Assembly (NCBI GenBank): GCA_031409335.1
Contig: JANNWY010000195.1
Location: forward strand, 47,767-111,766
DNA from: Chthoniobacteraceae bacterium
Lineage (GTDB): Bacteria; Verrucomicrobiota; Verrucomicrobiia; Chthoniobacterales; Chthoniobacteraceae
DNA: 64,000 nucleotides
Reading direction: 5' to 3'
In this document: in pieces, positions 45,614 through 59,777 of the stretch
How positions within the stretch are numbered: the stretch's first letter is position 1
Layout: the number at the start of each line of letters is the position of its first letter
Program-made: the position numbers and the translations under genes
Notes under the pieces: generated by a model
Seen by the model: only the letters and a program-made list of their open reading frames with translations
What the model was told of the DNA's origin: nothing
Database searches by the model: none

Positions 45614-47062
45614 ATGTTCGCCGCGCTCCTCCTCCCCGATTTCGCCCTGCAAGCCGCGCTCCGCCACGAGCCCGCCCTCCGCGCGCGTCCCATCATCCTC
45701 CTCGCCGAAAAAGCCGCAAAATCGCCCATCCTCCAAAGCACCGCCGCCGCCCGCGCGCTCGGCATCGTGCCCGGCCTCACCGCCACCCAGGCGCAATCGC
45801 GCTGCCCGAGCGTCCTCGTAAAAATCCGCTCGCCCGAAGCCGAACGCACCGCCAGCCGCGCCCTGCTCGACACCGCGTTCAGCGCCTCGCCCTTCATCGA
45901 AGACACCGCGCCCGGCCTCTGCACCATCGAGTGCAAAGGCGCGCGCCTGCCCGACCCGCGCGAGCTTTCGCAAAACCTCCGCGCTCGCCTTACCGCGCTC
46001 GATCTCGACGCCAAAATCGGCATCGCGCCCACCGCCGATCTCGCCCTCCTCGCCGCGCAAAGCACGCCCGACTGGCGCGCCGTCCTTTGCGCCAGCGAAC
46101 TCGCCGACCTGCCCATCGCGCAGCTCGATCCCTCGCCCGCCGTCCTCGGCGTTTTGGGAAAATGGGGCATCCGCACGCTCGGCGAATTCGTCGGGCTCGG
46201 ACAGCGCGCCCTCGTCGAGCGACTCGGCGCGGAGGCGATCCCACTTTTCGCCCGCGCCACTGGCCGCGTCACGCGACCACTTCGCTGCCTGCCACCGCCG
46301 GAAGTCTTCGAGGAAAGCATCGAATTTGAGCAGGAAATCGAAACACTCGAACCGCTGCTCTTCATCCTCCGCCGCTTCATCGACGCCCTCGCGCTGCGCC
46401 TCGAAAGCGTGTGGCTCGTCGCCGCCGAACTCACGCTCCGCCTCGGTCTCGCCGACGGCACCGAAACCGCGCGCACCTTCAAAATCCCATCACCGACGCG
46501 CCAGATCCCCGTGCTTTTTGGAATGCTCGAAACGCATCTCGAAAAGCTCACCGCCGCGCATCCCATCGTGCGACTGCACCTCGCCGCCACGCCCGCGCAC
46601 GGCGCGCGGCAGCAGTTCGGACTTTTTGAAAGCGCCCTGCGCGACCCGAATCAATTTTACGAAACCCTCGCCCGCCTCACCGCGCTCGTCGGCCACGACC
46701 GCGTCGGCGTCCCCATCCTCGAACCCACCCATCGCCCCGAATCCTTCCGCCTCATCCCCGCCGATTTCACCGCCCCGCCGCGCGCCGCCGACGCCGCCGC
46801 GCTCCCGCTCGGCCTCGCGCTCCACCGCTTCCGCCCACCCATCCCCGCCAACGTGCAAATCGACGGACGCCCGACTTTTCTCCACACCGAAAAACTGCGC
46901 GGCCCGATCACCGCCGCGCATGGCCCCATGCTGCTTTCCGGCGATTGGTGGGAAGGCCGCGCCTGGAGCCGCGCCGAGTGGGATGTGCAAATCGACGGTG
47001 GGCCGCTGTGCCGGATTTATGAGCAGGAAGGCGCTTGGGCGTTGGAGGGAGTTTATGACTAG
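45614..47062 (+). CDS. imuB: ImuB, catalytically inactive Y-family polymerase
   Basis: AARALGIVPGLTATQAQSRCP, SPFIE, WGIRTLGEF, clamp-binding-like QFGLF, C-terminal GDWW...EWDV...W.LEGVYD. Confidence 0.92.
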   Translation: MFAALLLPDFALQAALRHEPALRARPIILLAEKAAKSPILQSTAAARALGIVPGLTATQAQSRCPSVLVKIRSPEAERTASRALLDTAFSASPFIEDTAPGLCTIECKGARLPDPRELSQNLRARLTALDLDAKIGIAPTADLALLAAQSTPDWRAVLCASELADLPIAQLDPSPAVLGVLGKWGIRTLGEFVGLGQRALVERLGAEAIPLFARATGRVTRPLRCLPPPEVFEESIEFEQEIETLEPLLFILRRFIDALALRLESVWLVAAELTLRLGLADGTETARTFKIPSPTRQIPVLFGMLETHLEKLTAAHPIVRLHLAATPAHGARQQFGLFESALRDPNQFYETLARLTALVGHDRVGVPILEPTHRPESFRLIPADFTAPPRAADAAALPLGLALHRFRPPIPANVQIDGRPTFLHTEKLRGPITAAHGPMLLSGDWWEGRAWSRAEWDVQIDGGPLCRIYEQEGAWALEGVYD

Positions 47063-47083
47063 CGCGGGGATGCCTGCGGCGCT

Positions 47084-47170
47084 GAACATCGAACATCGAA
47101 CGTCGAACGTCGAACATCGAAGTTCGGATGACGCGTCGCACGGGCTTTCCGACTTCGATGTTCGATGTTC
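47084..47170. repeat. Inverted heptamer element (GAACRTC)5 ... (GATGTTC)2, copy 2
   Basis: Directly visible between imuB and dnaE2. Confidence 0.95.
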
Positions 47171-47185
47171 AGCCGCGCAGCGCCC

Positions 47186-50350
<3,165 letters not shown>

Positions 50351-50541
50351 GAGCGCCCGACGCAATCCGGGAGAACAAGAAATTCGCGGTCAGAAGATCA
50401 CTCTCGTCTCCGCACCGGGGATCGGGTAGTGATGCGTTGTCTTCCCGGTGAATCCAAATGCTTGCGACCTTCCATGACACGCCTTCCCCTTACCTGACGC
50501 GACACGGCAAGGCCGGACCCGCGAACTTCTCGCGATAACCC

Positions 50542-52494
50542 ATGCCCGAACCTCTCCGCATCCTGATGCTCGAAGACTCGGCCACCGATGCCGAGTTGAT
50601 CGAGGCAGCACTGCACTCCGCGGGCATCGCGTTCGCGGCGCAGCGCGTCGAGACCGAGGCCGACTTCCGCGCGGCGCTCGCGCGGATGCAGCCGCAGATC
50701 GTGCTGATGGATTACAACGTGCCGGGCTTTCCTGGAGATGCCGCCCTCGCGATGGCGCGCGCCCTTTCCTATGACCAACCGATCATCTTCGTCGCCGGCA
50801 CGATCGGCGGCGAACTTGCCGTCGAGCTGGTGCGGGCCGGGGCGACGGACTACGTGCTGAAGGACCGTCTCGGGCGGCTGCCATTTGCCATCCGCCGCGC
50901 GCTCGAAGAGGCGGAGCAGCGCGCGCTGCGCCGGAGAGCCGAGGAGGCGGAGCGGCGCAGCAATGAAACACTTTCCGTCGCGCTCGAAGCCTCGCAGATG
51001 GGGACGTGGGACTGGAACGTGACCACGGGCGGCCTCGAATGGTCGGACCAGTGCAAGGCGATCTTCGGCATTCCGGCGGGCGAACCGATGAACTATGGGC
51101 GCTTCCTCCGCGCCCTCCATCCGGACGACCGCAGCCGCACGGATTCCGCCATCACTCGCTCGCTGGCGGCAAAGGAGCGGCACGACATCGAATACCGCAC
51201 GGTCTGGCCGGACGGCTCGATCCACTGGATCGCTTCGAAAGGCCGCGCTTTTCATGACGCAGCGAGCGGCGAGCCGGTGCGGATGGCGGGCACCGCGCTG
51301 GACATCACCGCGCGGAAGCAGGCCGAGCTGGACCGCGAGCGGATGGAAAAGAAGCTCCAGGAAACGCAGAAGCTGGAAAGCCTCGGGGTGCTCGCGGGTG
51401 GGATCGCGCATGACTTCAACAACCTGCTCACCGGCGTGCTCGGCAACGCTTCGCTCGCGCGGATGGATCTGCCCGGGGGCTCGCCCGTGCTCCATTTCGT
51501 CGATCAGATCGAGGTGGCCGCGCAGCGCGCCGCCGAACTTTGCCGGCAGATGCTCGCCTACGCGGGCAAGGGCCGATTCGTCGTCCACGAGCTCGACCTC
51601 AGTGCTCTGGTGAAGGAGACGGCGCATCTGCTGGAATGCTCAATCGCCACGGAAGTGGCGCTCGAATTCCACCTCGCCGACGACCTCCCTGCCGTGAAAG
51701 CCGACGCCACGCAACTCCGGCAGATCGTGATGAACCTGGTGCTCAACGCCTCGGAGGCCATCGGCGACAAGAGCGGCATCGTGAGCATCACCACCGGTTT
51801 CGTGTCGGCGGATCGGGCGGGCGGGGATGGCACAATGATTGAGATGGAATTGCCCGCGGGCGACCACGTTTACTTTCAAGTCGCCGATACCGGCCGCGGC
51901 ATGACGCCGGAGACGCTCGCGAAGATTTTCGATCCGTTCTTCACCACCAAATTCGCCGGTCGCGGACTCGGACTCGCCGCCGTGCAGGGCATCGTCCGCG
52001 GGCACGGGGGCACCCTCAAAGTCTCGAGTGAACCGGGCCGGGGCACGACGTTCCAGGTTTTCCTGCCATGCACTGGCGAGCGGATGAAACCGGCGGCGGC
52101 ACCGGAAAGCGGGAGCGAACTCTGGCGCGGCGCGGGCACGGTGCTGGTGGTCGATGATGAAGCGGTCGTGCGTGAGACCGCCGGGCGAATGCTCGAAGCC
52201 ATGGGCTTCCGCGTGCTCATCGCGAAAAACGGCCTCGAAGCCGTGGAGTGCTTCCGCGCGGAGGGAAAAAACATCCAGGCCGTGCTCCTCGATCTCACCA
52301 TGCCGCACCTCGACGGCGAAGGCACTTTTCGCAAACTAAGCCAACTCGACCCGGAAGTCCGCGTGGTGCTCATGAGCGGCTTCAACGAGCAGGACGCCGT
52401 CCGCCGCTTCATCGGCGTGGGCCTCGCCGGTTTCCTGCAAAAGCCATTCACCACGGAAGATCTCCGCGCGCGCTTGAAAGCGATTCTCCGCTGA
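50542..52494 (+). CDS. Cytoplasmic hybrid histidine kinase (REC-PAS-HisKA-HATPase-REC)
   Basis: [62 protein letters not shown]. Confidence 0.95.
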   Translation: MPEPLRILMLEDSATDAELIEAALHSAGIAFAAQRVETEADFRAALARMQPQIVLMDYNVPGFPGDAALAMARALSYDQPIIFVAGTIGGELAVELVRAGATDYVLKDRLGRLPFAIRRALEEAEQRALRRRAEEAERRSNETLSVALEASQMGTWDWNVTTGGLEWSDQCKAIFGIPAGEPMNYGRFLRALHPDDRSRTDSAITRSLAAKERHDIEYRTVWPDGSIHWIASKGRAFHDAASGEPVRMAGTALDITARKQAELDRERMEKKLQETQKLESLGVLAGGIAHDFNNLLTGVLGNASLARMDLPGGSPVLHFVDQIEVAAQRAAELCRQMLAYAGKGRFVVHELDLSALVKETAHLLECSIATEVALEFHLADDLPAVKADATQLRQIVMNLVLNASEAIGDKSGIVSITTGFVSADRAGGDGTMIEMELPAGDHVYFQVADTGRGMTPETLAKIFDPFFTTKFAGRGLGLAAVQGIVRGHGGTLKVSSEPGRGTTFQVFLPCTGERMKPAAAPESGSELWRGAGTVLVVDDEAVVRETAGRMLEAMGFRVLIAKNGLEAVECFRAEGKNIQAVLLDLTMPHLDGEGTFRKLSQLDPEVRVVLMSGFNEQDAVRRFIGVGLAGFLQKPFTTEDLRARLKAILR

Positions 52495-52504
52495 AGCGGA
52501 GGGA

Positions 52505-53788
52505 CTACGCGGTACCAGATTCCAGATGCGCGATCTCCATGCCGACGAGGCAGACATCGTCGGTGAAAGCGTGGCCTTCCGCGAAGTCCTCGATCTCGTT
52601 GAAAATATCCTGCACGAGCTGAGCACGGGGCTGGCCCGCGCGCTGGCGAACCGATTCGCGCAGACGGCTTTCGCTGAAGGCTTCGGCGTTCGCATTCTCC
52701 ACCTCGAAGAGTCCGTCGGTGAAAAAGAGGATGAGATCGTCGGTGGCCACCGAGCGTTCGTGGGTGCGGTATTTTTCGCCATCGAAAATGCCGAGCGCCG
52801 GGCCCGCGGTGCGCGGGGCGATGATGGGCTCGACTCCGCGAGGTGTGCCGCGCACGAGCAGCGGACTCGGGTGGCCCGCGCTGGCAAAGGCGATGCGCGA
52901 AGTGGCGACATCCGCCACGAGATAGCAGGCGGTGGCGAAAAGCGTGGTGCCCGACTGCCGGAGGATGCCGCACAGCGCGCGATTGATCTCCGTGAGCAGC
53001 GCGCCGGGATCGGCGGCCGCCTCGCCGCGCTGCTCGCCGAGCGCGCGCATCATCGCCGTCACGAGCGCCGCGCGCACGCCGTGGCCCATCACGTCACAGA
53101 TGAAGACGCCGACGGCGGTGTCCGACACGCGGACGACATCAAAAAAATCGCCGCTCATCGCCGCCGTCGGGCGAAAGATGCTGGAAAACCTCACGGCGCT
53201 CGCGGACTGCGCCGCACCGCGCGGGAGCGTGGGATACACATGCGGCAGCAGCGCCATCTGAAGTTCACGCGCCATCTCCAGATCTTCCTCCATCTGCGCG
53301 TTTTTTTCGCAGAGTTCCCGGGTGCGCTCGGCGACGCGCTGTTCGAGCTGTTCATTGAGCGCGCGCAGGTCGGCCTCGGCCTGCCGGCGCGCATTCCGCT
53401 CGGCGACTTCCCGCAGCGCCCGGCGGACTGTCGGCACGAGGCGCGTGAGCCGCCTTTTCAGGACGAAATCCGTCGCGCCATTCTTGAGCAACTCGACCGC
53501 GGTCTCCTCGCCGACATGACCCGAGATCACGATCACCGGGACATCCACGCAGCGCTCCTTCGCGATCGCGAGTGCCTGCGCCCCGTCGAAGGTCGGCAGG
53601 TTGTAGTCCGCGAGGATAATCTCGGGTTGAAATTCCGCGATGCCTTGCTCGAAATCGGCGCGGGTCAGCACGCGGCGCGAGACGAACTCGATCCCGCCCT
53701 GTCGGAGTTCACGCTCTATCAATTCCGCATCGAGTTCCGAGTCCTCGAGGGAGAGGATGCGCAGGCTGGTGATTTCGGGCGCGCTCAT
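52505..53788 (-). CDS. Response regulator with SpoIIE/PP2C (RsbU-like) phosphatase domain
   Basis: N-terminal REC ([15 protein letters not shown]); SGDFFD, CDVMGHG, SAGHP, FTDGLFE, DDVCL. Confidence 0.93.
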   Translation of the reverse strand: MSAPEITSLRILSLEDSELDAELIERELRQGGIEFVSRRVLTRADFEQGIAEFQPEIILADYNLPTFDGAQALAIAKERCVDVPVIVISGHVGEETAVELLKNGATDFVLKRRLTRLVPTVRRALREVAERNARRQAEADLRALNEQLEQRVAERTRELCEKNAQMEEDLEMARELQMALLPHVYPTLPRGAAQSASAVRFSSIFRPTAAMSGDFFDVVRVSDTAVGVFICDVMGHGVRAALVTAMMRALGEQRGEAAADPGALLTEINRALCGILRQSGTTLFATACYLVADVATSRIAFASAGHPSPLLVRGTPRGVEPIIAPRTAGPALGIFDGEKYRTHERSVATDDLILFFTDGLFEVENANAEAFSESRLRESVRQRAGQPRAQLVQDIFNEIEDFAEGHAFTDDVCLVGMEIAHLESGTA

Positions 53789-54231
53789 AGTGTCCGGACC
53801 GGGGCCTCATTCAGCACGAGCCAGTATAAACCCAGATTGCTGATCGCTTCGGAGAAGTTTTCAAACTCCACTGGCTTCACGATGTAGCTGTTGGCACCGA
53901 GCTTGTAGCTCTCCACGATATCGCGTTCCTCGCGCGAGGAAGTCAGCACCACGACCGGCAGCAGCTTCGTGCGGTCGTCGGCCCGGAGCTGGCGCAGAAC
54001 TTCGATCCCGTCCACTTTCGGCAGCTTCAAGTCGAGCAGCACCACCTTTGGCTGATGATGGTCATCGCGCCCTGCGTAGGTGCCGGTGCCAAACAGGAAA
54101 TCGAGCGCCGTCTGGCCGTCCGACACATGCACGAGGTTGTTCGCGAGGTTGCGTTTCTTTAGCGCCCGGATCGCGAGTTCCGCGTCATGGGGATTGTCTT
54201 CGACGAGGAGGATTTCGAGTGGTTTGCTCAT
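53785..54231 (-). CDS. Single-domain response regulator (Rcp1-like)
   Basis: [16 protein letters not shown]...[11 protein letters not shown]...LTSS...[10 protein letters not shown]. True ATG 54231 overlaps the kinase TGA; the ORF-track extension to 54549 is spurious. Confidence 0.95.
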   Translation of the reverse strand: MSKPLEILLVEDNPHDAELAIRALKKRNLANNLVHVSDGQTALDFLFGTGTYAGRDDHHQPKVVLLDLKLPKVDGIEVLRQLRADDRTKLLPVVVLTSSREERDIVESYKLGANSYIVKPVEFENFSEAISNLGLYWLVLNEAPVRTL

Positions 54232-57200
54232 GGTTTCGGACGGGCGAGTGTGAAGGAAAATATGGCGCCTCGATCGACCTCGGCCTCGGCCCATACGCGA
54301 CCCCCATGACGCTGCACGATGCGCTGGACGAGCGCAAGGCCGACGCCAGTCCCGGAAAACTCCTGCTGGGAGTGCAGGCGCTGGAAGACGCCAAACAGCT
54401 TGCCCGCATAACGCACGTCGAATCCCGCGCCGTTGTCTTTCACATAGTAAACCGTCCCATCGGCCCCGCCATCCCGCGCGCCGATCTCGATCTCGCCGAC
54501 CGCGCGTCCTCGGGTGAACTTGATGGCGTTGCTGATCAGGTTCACCCACACCTGCCGGATCATCGCCTCCGCGCCGGAGGCGGCCGGGAGCGGTTGAAGA
54601 TCGAGGTGCAGCGTGCGCTCCGGCTCGAGCGCCATCAGTTCGTCAAAGACCGACTTTGCCAGTGCGTGCATGTCGATCTGCGCGGGCTCGATCTGCTGCC
54701 GGCCGAGCCGGGAAAAAGCGAGCAAGTCGTCGATGAGCCGCCCCATCCGCTGCGTCTCACCGCGGATCACGCCGAGCATTCGCCGACCCTCGTCGTCGAG
54801 CCGCGCCGCATGGTCTTCCAGCACCATGCGCGAAAAGCCATCCACCGCGCGCAGCGGCGCGCGCAGATCGTGCGAGACGGAATACGAGAACGCATCCAGT
54901 TCCTTCGCCGCCAGCTCGAGCTGGGCGGTGCGCTCGCGGACGCGCCGCTCCAGCGAGGCGTTCAACTCGCGGATTTCCTCCTCCGCGTGTTTGCGCTCGA
55001 TGGCCAGACGCGTGACGTGGACCGCCCGCGCGATCAAGTCCAGCTCGGCATGAACCGGATGGCGCGGCTCGCGATAGTAGATGGCAAAGGTGCCGAGGAT
55101 TTTACCCTCGCTCCCGTGGATCGGCGTGGACCAGCACGCGCGCAGGCCGTGGCTGAAAGCGAGCTCGCGGTAATCCGCCCACAGCGGATCGCTGGCGATG
55201 TCCGAGACGATCACCTGCCGGTCGTCATGAGCCGCCGTCCCGCACGAGCCGACCGCGGGGCCGATCGCCACGCCGTCGATGAGTCGGTTGTAGGCGTCGG
55301 GCAGGCTGGGTCCCGCCCCATGCCGCAGATGCAGGCCATCCGCGTCGAGCAGCAGGACCGAGCACAGCGCGCCCGGCGACTGTTTTTCCAAATCGAGCAT
55401 CAATCCATCCAGCACGCCATGCAGCGACGCCGCGCTGCCGATCAGTTCCAGGGCGCTCTTTTCCCACGCCAACAACTGCTGCACATGGGTGCGCTCGGTG
55501 ATGTCCATCACCACGGAAGCAGCCCCGGTGGATATTCCCCGCTCGTCGATGAGTGGCGTGTTGTACCATTCGCAGAGGATCCTGCTGCCATCCTTGCGCA
55601 CATTCTCATTCGAGCTCCTTTCCCCGCCGGTTTGTTTCAGCAAGCCCTGCCAGACCGCATCCACATGCGAGCGAAACGCCTCCGGGACGATGAACGAGGC
55701 ATGTTGCCCGACCGCCTCCGCCTGGCTGAAACCGAAAATCGTCCGGGCCGCGGGATTCCACCGAGTCACCCGAAAATCCATATCCCACTCGATGACCGCC
55801 ATCGGGGTTTGCTCGAAAAACAGCCGCATTTTTTGGTTGGCCGCCCGCAGCCCTTCCTCCGCCTGCTTGCGCACGGTGATGTCGCGGACGAACGCTTGCA
55901 GCAGCAACCTGCCTCCCATCTCCACCTTGTTCAGACTCACCTCGGCGGGGAACGGCGTGCCATCGAGTTTCGTGTGCGTCCATTCGAAGAACTGTGGCCG
56001 ACCGGCCAGGGCGGCGGTGATCTTTTCGATCGCGGACTCGCGTGAATCCCGGCCGCTGACCTGCAAAGGCGGTGAGAATTCGTAGGGCGGATGTCCCACG
56101 AACTGGTCGCGCGCCTGGCAGCCGAACATCTCCAAAGCCCGCGAGTTGCAGTCCATAAACCGCTCGCCTTCCAGGATGAAAATCGCATCGCCCGCATTCT
56201 CAAAAAGCATCCGGAACTTCTCTTCGCTCTCCAGCAGCGCATCGGTTCCTCGCCCGCGTGCAGCCATCTCACCATTCAGCCGCAGCAAACCAAAGATGAG
56301 TAGCAGCGTCCCCAGCAGCACGCCGGTCGGAAGGATGGCAAATGTCCGGACGGTGATCGCGCCCGCCTCGGCCTCGCGCGCGACGAGCAGTCGCTCCTCT
56401 GCCGCCTCCACCTCGCTCAGGTCCGCGCGAATCCGCGCCATCAAGGTCTTGCCGCGGCCCGCGGCGATCCGCTGCGCTGCCGCGTCGAATCCGTTTGCAC
56501 TGCGCTCAGCGGTCGTTTGCCGGGAAAACTCCACCTGCTCGGCGATCGGCCCCGACAGCGCGGCGAGTCGCGCCTGCTGGCTGGCATTGTCCGCGGTCAG
56601 CTCCCGCAGTTCCATCTCCGCCTTGGCGATGGCTTTCTCGGAGAGCGGGAGAAAGGGCTCCTCTCCCGTGATCACGAATCCGCGCACAGCGCTCTGCGAC
56701 TCATCGAGGCCACTCCGCAATTCGCGAATACTGCCGACGACTTCATGCGTGTGTTTCACCCACTTCGCAGCCTCGACCAGCTCCTTTGTGCCGCGGTAAG
56801 AGTAGGCTGCCAAAGCGACGAGCAGTGCCAGCCCGCACGCAAAACTGGCGGTAAGCCACGAGCCGATCATCCAGCGCTTTCCCGCCTCCCTCCACGCAAA
56901 GTGCAGCACGGCTGCGCCAAGCAGCACGAAAAGCAGCGCCGTATGCACCGCCATCCCCGTCAAACTCCCCCAGCCATAACCGAGGCTGAACTCCGCCGCG
57001 CAACCCAGCAGCGCAAACATCCCAATCCCAGCCACGAGTGCGCCGAGCCAGCCGAGGATCAAAGGCCCGCGCGCCATCCGGGACGGCTGGCTCATGAGCC
57101 AGACCGCGACCGCCATGAGCACAAAGCTGAACGCAGTATTCGGCCCCATGCGACCCGGATGCGAGGTCGCGACTGGGGAACCGGAGTCGCGGATGAGGAA

Positions 57201-57527
57201 CTCGTCGATGCCCGCATCCCAGCCGGTCGCGTATTCGGCCAGCGTGAGCAGCGCGATCCCGCCCGTCACCAGCGCGCAGAGTCGCGCCGCATGCCGCGCC
57301 CACGCGCCGGGCATTTGCAAAAGCACGAGCGCACCGCCGCCGAGGATGAAGCACAGCGCCGCGTTCGCCTTCATCGTCACCTCACCAGGAATCAGATTGG
57401 TCAGCGGATGAATCCCGAACGCCCAGCCCGCCAGCACCAGACATCCGACCACCGCCACCACCCTGCCGGTAATCCGCGGAAAGGCGCTGCCCGCCGGGCG
57501 GCTTGTGGAGATGGATGGCGCATTCAC
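54228..57527 (-). CDS. Membrane sensor histidine kinase (multi-TM, CHASE3, 2xPAS, GAF, HisKA, HATPase)
   Basis: Several TM helices, WVKHTHEV...RGFVITGEE (CHASE3), PAS repeats, [46 protein letters not shown]. Confidence 0.95.
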   Translation of the reverse strand: MNAPSISTSRPAGSAFPRITGRVVAVVGCLVLAGWAFGIHPLTNLIPGEVTMKANAALCFILGGGALVLLQMPGAWARHAARLCALVTGGIALLTLAEYATGWDAGIDEFLIRDSGSPVATSHPGRMGPNTAFSFVLMAVAVWLMSQPSRMARGPLILGWLGALVAGIGMFALLGCAAEFSLGYGWGSLTGMAVHTALLFVLLGAAVLHFAWREAGKRWMIGSWLTASFACGLALLVALAAYSYRGTKELVEAAKWVKHTHEVVGSIRELRSGLDESQSAVRGFVITGEEPFLPLSEKAIAKAEMELRELTADNASQQARLAALSGPIAEQVEFSRQTTAERSANGFDAAAQRIAAGRGKTLMARIRADLSEVEAAEERLLVAREAEAGAITVRTFAILPTGVLLGTLLLIFGLLRLNGEMAARGRGTDALLESEEKFRMLFENAGDAIFILEGERFMDCNSRALEMFGCQARDQFVGHPPYEFSPPLQVSGRDSRESAIEKITAALAGRPQFFEWTHTKLDGTPFPAEVSLNKVEMGGRLLLQAFVRDITVRKQAEEGLRAANQKMRLFFEQTPMAVIEWDMDFRVTRWNPAARTIFGFSQAEAVGQHASFIVPEAFRSHVDAVWQGLLKQTGGERSSNENVRKDGSRILCEWYNTPLIDERGISTGAASVVMDITERTHVQQLLAWEKSALELIGSAASLHGVLDGLMLDLEKQSPGALCSVLLLDADGLHLRHGAGPSLPDAYNRLIDGVAIGPAVGSCGTAAHDDRQVIVSDIASDPLWADYRELAFSHGLRACWSTPIHGSEGKILGTFAIYYREPRHPVHAELDLIARAVHVTRLAIERKHAEEEIRELNASLERRVRERTAQLELAAKELDAFSYSVSHDLRAPLRAVDGFSRMVLEDHAARLDDEGRRMLGVIRGETQRMGRLIDDLLAFSRLGRQQIEPAQIDMHALAKSVFDELMALEPERTLHLDLQPLPAASGAEAMIRQVWVNLISNAIKFTRGRAVGEIEIGARDGGADGTVYYVKDNGAGFDVRYAGKLFGVFQRLHSQQEFSGTGVGLALVQRIVQRHGGRVWAEAEVDRGAIFSFTLARPKP

Positions 57528-57780
57528 AGATCGTCTGCTGACGGAACGATCGAAGAATCAGGCCGTCCCCCCGGAAAGCCAAGCCCGCATCCGCCCCCGC
57601 ACGGACCATCCAAACGCGACCAAAAGCAGGAAGATCGTCAGGAAGATTGGGTCAATCGCGGAGAGGGAAATGGTTTCGCCACCGGGCAGACGTTCGTTCT
57701 GTTGCCAGAGCGCGACTTTGGCCTTCGCGGACGCTGGAAAAACAATCACCGGCTGCCCGGTCCCGAGGCTCACGAAACCA

Positions 57781-58284
57781 ATGCAGCCGGAGAAAGAAGC
57801 CGACACGAATACAGTATCGAAATGGAGCCCTTTCCGCACCACCAGATGGGATCTGATCCAGCAGCAACTCGCCAACTTCGAACGCGGGATCGAGCGCTTC
57901 TTCGGGCACGCGCCAGGGTTGGCGGGGAACGGCGATGAGCCGATCACCGAGCGGCTGTGGGAACTGCTCACCGACATCACGGAGGACGTGAAGGAATTCG
58001 TCGTGAAGGTGGAGTTGCCCGAGATGAAAAAGGATGACGTGAAAGTGACGGTCGAGAACGGCACGCTGCGGATCAGCGGCGAGCGCAAGGCCAAGAAGGA
58101 GGAAAAGAACAAGAGGGTTCACCGCATCGAGCGCAGCGACGGCTCATTCCTGCGCGCCTTCACCCTGCCTGATGGAGCGGACGGCGCAAAGATCAGCGCC
58201 GACTACAAGGACGGTATGCTGACGGTGCGCCTGCCAAAGACCGCCGAGGCCAAGCCCAAGGCCATCGACGTAAAGGTGGCGTAA
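57781..58284 (+). CDS. Hsp20/alpha-crystallin small heat-shock protein (possibly degenerating)
   Basis: DITED..EFVVKVELPEMKKDDVKVTVENGTLRISGER, RIERS.GSFLRAFTLP, ISADYKDGMLTVRLPK. Start uncertain. Confidence 0.88.
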   Translation: MQPEKEADTNTVSKWSPFRTTRWDLIQQQLANFERGIERFFGHAPGLAGNGDEPITERLWELLTDITEDVKEFVVKVELPEMKKDDVKVTVENGTLRISGERKAKKEEKNKRVHRIERSDGSFLRAFTLPDGADGAKISADYKDGMLTVRLPKTAEAKPKAIDVKVA

Positions 58285-58339
58285 CGCGCGAGCGGTGCGG
58301 GCGTGCAATTCCGTCCGCCCCGCGATACGTTCGCGGCCT

Positions 58340-58639
58340 ATGTCCATCAACGAAATCCTCGGCACCATCGAAGACGGCAATCTCCATGTCTGTGCCACAG
58401 CGAATGCTGAGTACGACCAGGCGGCGGAGAAAGTGTCGGTCGCGCTCGAAGCCTTCACGCGGCGCGCATCCGCGACCGGTGACGACGCGCATCTTCCACA
58501 GTCGTGGCTGCCACAGGGTGAGCGAGTCAGCGAGCATCTGCCCCGCGAGGAGGCGGACGATTTCGTGAAGGATGTCTTTCACAGTTGGGTCAAAAAAGTG
58601 CGCGCCTCGGTTCCCGGCACCACGCCTTTGCGGCCCTGA
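58340..58639 (+). CDS. Hypothetical protein (99 aa)
   Basis: ATG 58340, protein-like composition, co-oriented just after Hsp20. No motif recognised. Confidence 0.55.
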   Translation: MSINEILGTIEDGNLHVCATANAEYDQAAEKVSVALEAFTRRASATGDDAHLPQSWLPQGERVSEHLPREEADDFVKDVFHSWVKKVRASVPGTTPLRP

Positions 58640-58865
58640 TCTGCGCCACGATTCTCCGGCGTTTCCCTGCCAGGCACCTTACTCCCGAGGAACGCCAGAC
58701 CGACTGTGGCAACATCAGCGTCCGAGCACGCATCGTGGATTTTTTGGCAACGCCGTGCATGTCGAACGCCCTGCGGTTTTTCTCGCCGTCGCCACGGATG
58801 CTGGATCCCGACGCCGGCAGATAAGAGTTGAACGATTCCGCGCCGCAGCCACTCTCACGTCCCAA

Positions 58866-59279
58866 GTGAAAGCGCTTCGCCAACATCTCGTGCTCCGTGC
58901 CGATCTGGTCGCGCTGCTGCTGGTCTCGTGGTTTGTTTTCACGAATTGCTGCGCGCTCGGGATGATGCCGCCAGCGGCGCAGGCTGCGACCGAACCGGCA
59001 CCGTGTTGCAACGGAAAAGCGCCGCCGAAGCAGGATGTGCCAGGCGGCCCTTGCGCGTGCTGCAAGGTCAAGATCACGTCATCGTCGGCCAAAGACGGTC
59101 TGAAGGTGCCCGACGCAGCAAAGCTTGAGAGTCAACGCTGCGCCATCTTTCAGGTGCCCGCCGCGCGGCCAGCGCCCGCAGTCTTCATTTTGGATCACGG
59201 CCCGCCGGGATGGAGTTCCTTCGCGGAAACCGTCCTCCAGCGCAGCCTCCTCAGTCACGCTCCGCCACGCGCGGTCTGA
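58866..59279 (+). CDS. Cys-rich exported leader-like protein ending in SHAPP (DUF2946/CruR/CutF-like)
   Basis: GTG 58866; hydrophobic N-terminal segment ending TNCCAL; PCC and CACC clusters; HGPP and terminal SHAPPRAV. Confidence 0.6.
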   Translation: MKALRQHLVLRADLVALLLVSWFVFTNCCALGMMPPAAQAATEPAPCCNGKAPPKQDVPGGPCACCKVKITSSSAKDGLKVPDAAKLESQRCAIFQVPAARPAPAVFILDHGPPGWSSFAETVLQRSLLSHAPPRAV

Positions 59280-59430
59280 CGGCGTGCCGCCCGCGTTCGC
59301 GGGTTCTCGTGCTGTCGTTTGCAGTCCTCTCCAGGTCGCGATTGCTCGTGCCCTGAAATCCCCTGCCTTGCGCTCCCTGCAAGCTTCGCCGGTCCACTCG
59401 CAGGGAAAAATAACCAGCCATCACCTCAAC

Positions 59431-59703
59431 ATGAAATCACTAAAACTCACCATTCTGCTCACTACCGCTGCCATGCTCGGGGGCATCGCCACGGTTCACG
59501 CCGACAGTGCCATCCCGAAATCGTATCCGCTCAAGAAATGCGTCGTCTCCGACGACAAACTCGGCGGACACGGCAAGCCCGTGAAAGTCACCGCGCCCGA
59601 CGGCACCGACGTCTGGCTGTGCTGCAAGGGCTGCCTGAAGGACTTCAAAAAAGACCCGGCGAAATACGCCAAGATGGTCAAGGACGCGGCTCCAAAAAAG
59701 TAA
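59431..59703 (+). CDS. Small secreted YHS/TRASH-like metal-binding protein
   Basis: Signal peptide ending VHA; YPLKKCVVSDDKLG...LCCKGCLKDFKKDPAKY. Confidence 0.8.
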   Translation: MKSLKLTILLTTAAMLGGIATVHADSAIPKSYPLKKCVVSDDKLGGHGKPVKVTAPDGTDVWLCCKGCLKDFKKDPAKYAKMVKDAAPKK

Positions 59704-59714
59704 CGCGCACGCAC

Positions 59715-59743
59715 GCCGCAGCGCGTCCGATCCGCGCTGCGGC
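59715..59743 (+). terminator. GC-rich hairpin after the YHS-like gene (no clear U-tract)
   Basis: GCCGCAGCGCG-N7-CGCGCTGCGGC 11-bp stem. Confidence 0.4.
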
Positions 59744-59777
59744 CTGCTGCTTCTCTCGCCAAGGGACACCCAACAGA

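Noticed and set aside
54228..57527. Bacteriophytochrome
   Set aside because: Kinase core and cognate regulator are of that subfamily, but no PAS-GAF-PHY photosensory module or DIP motif is visible.
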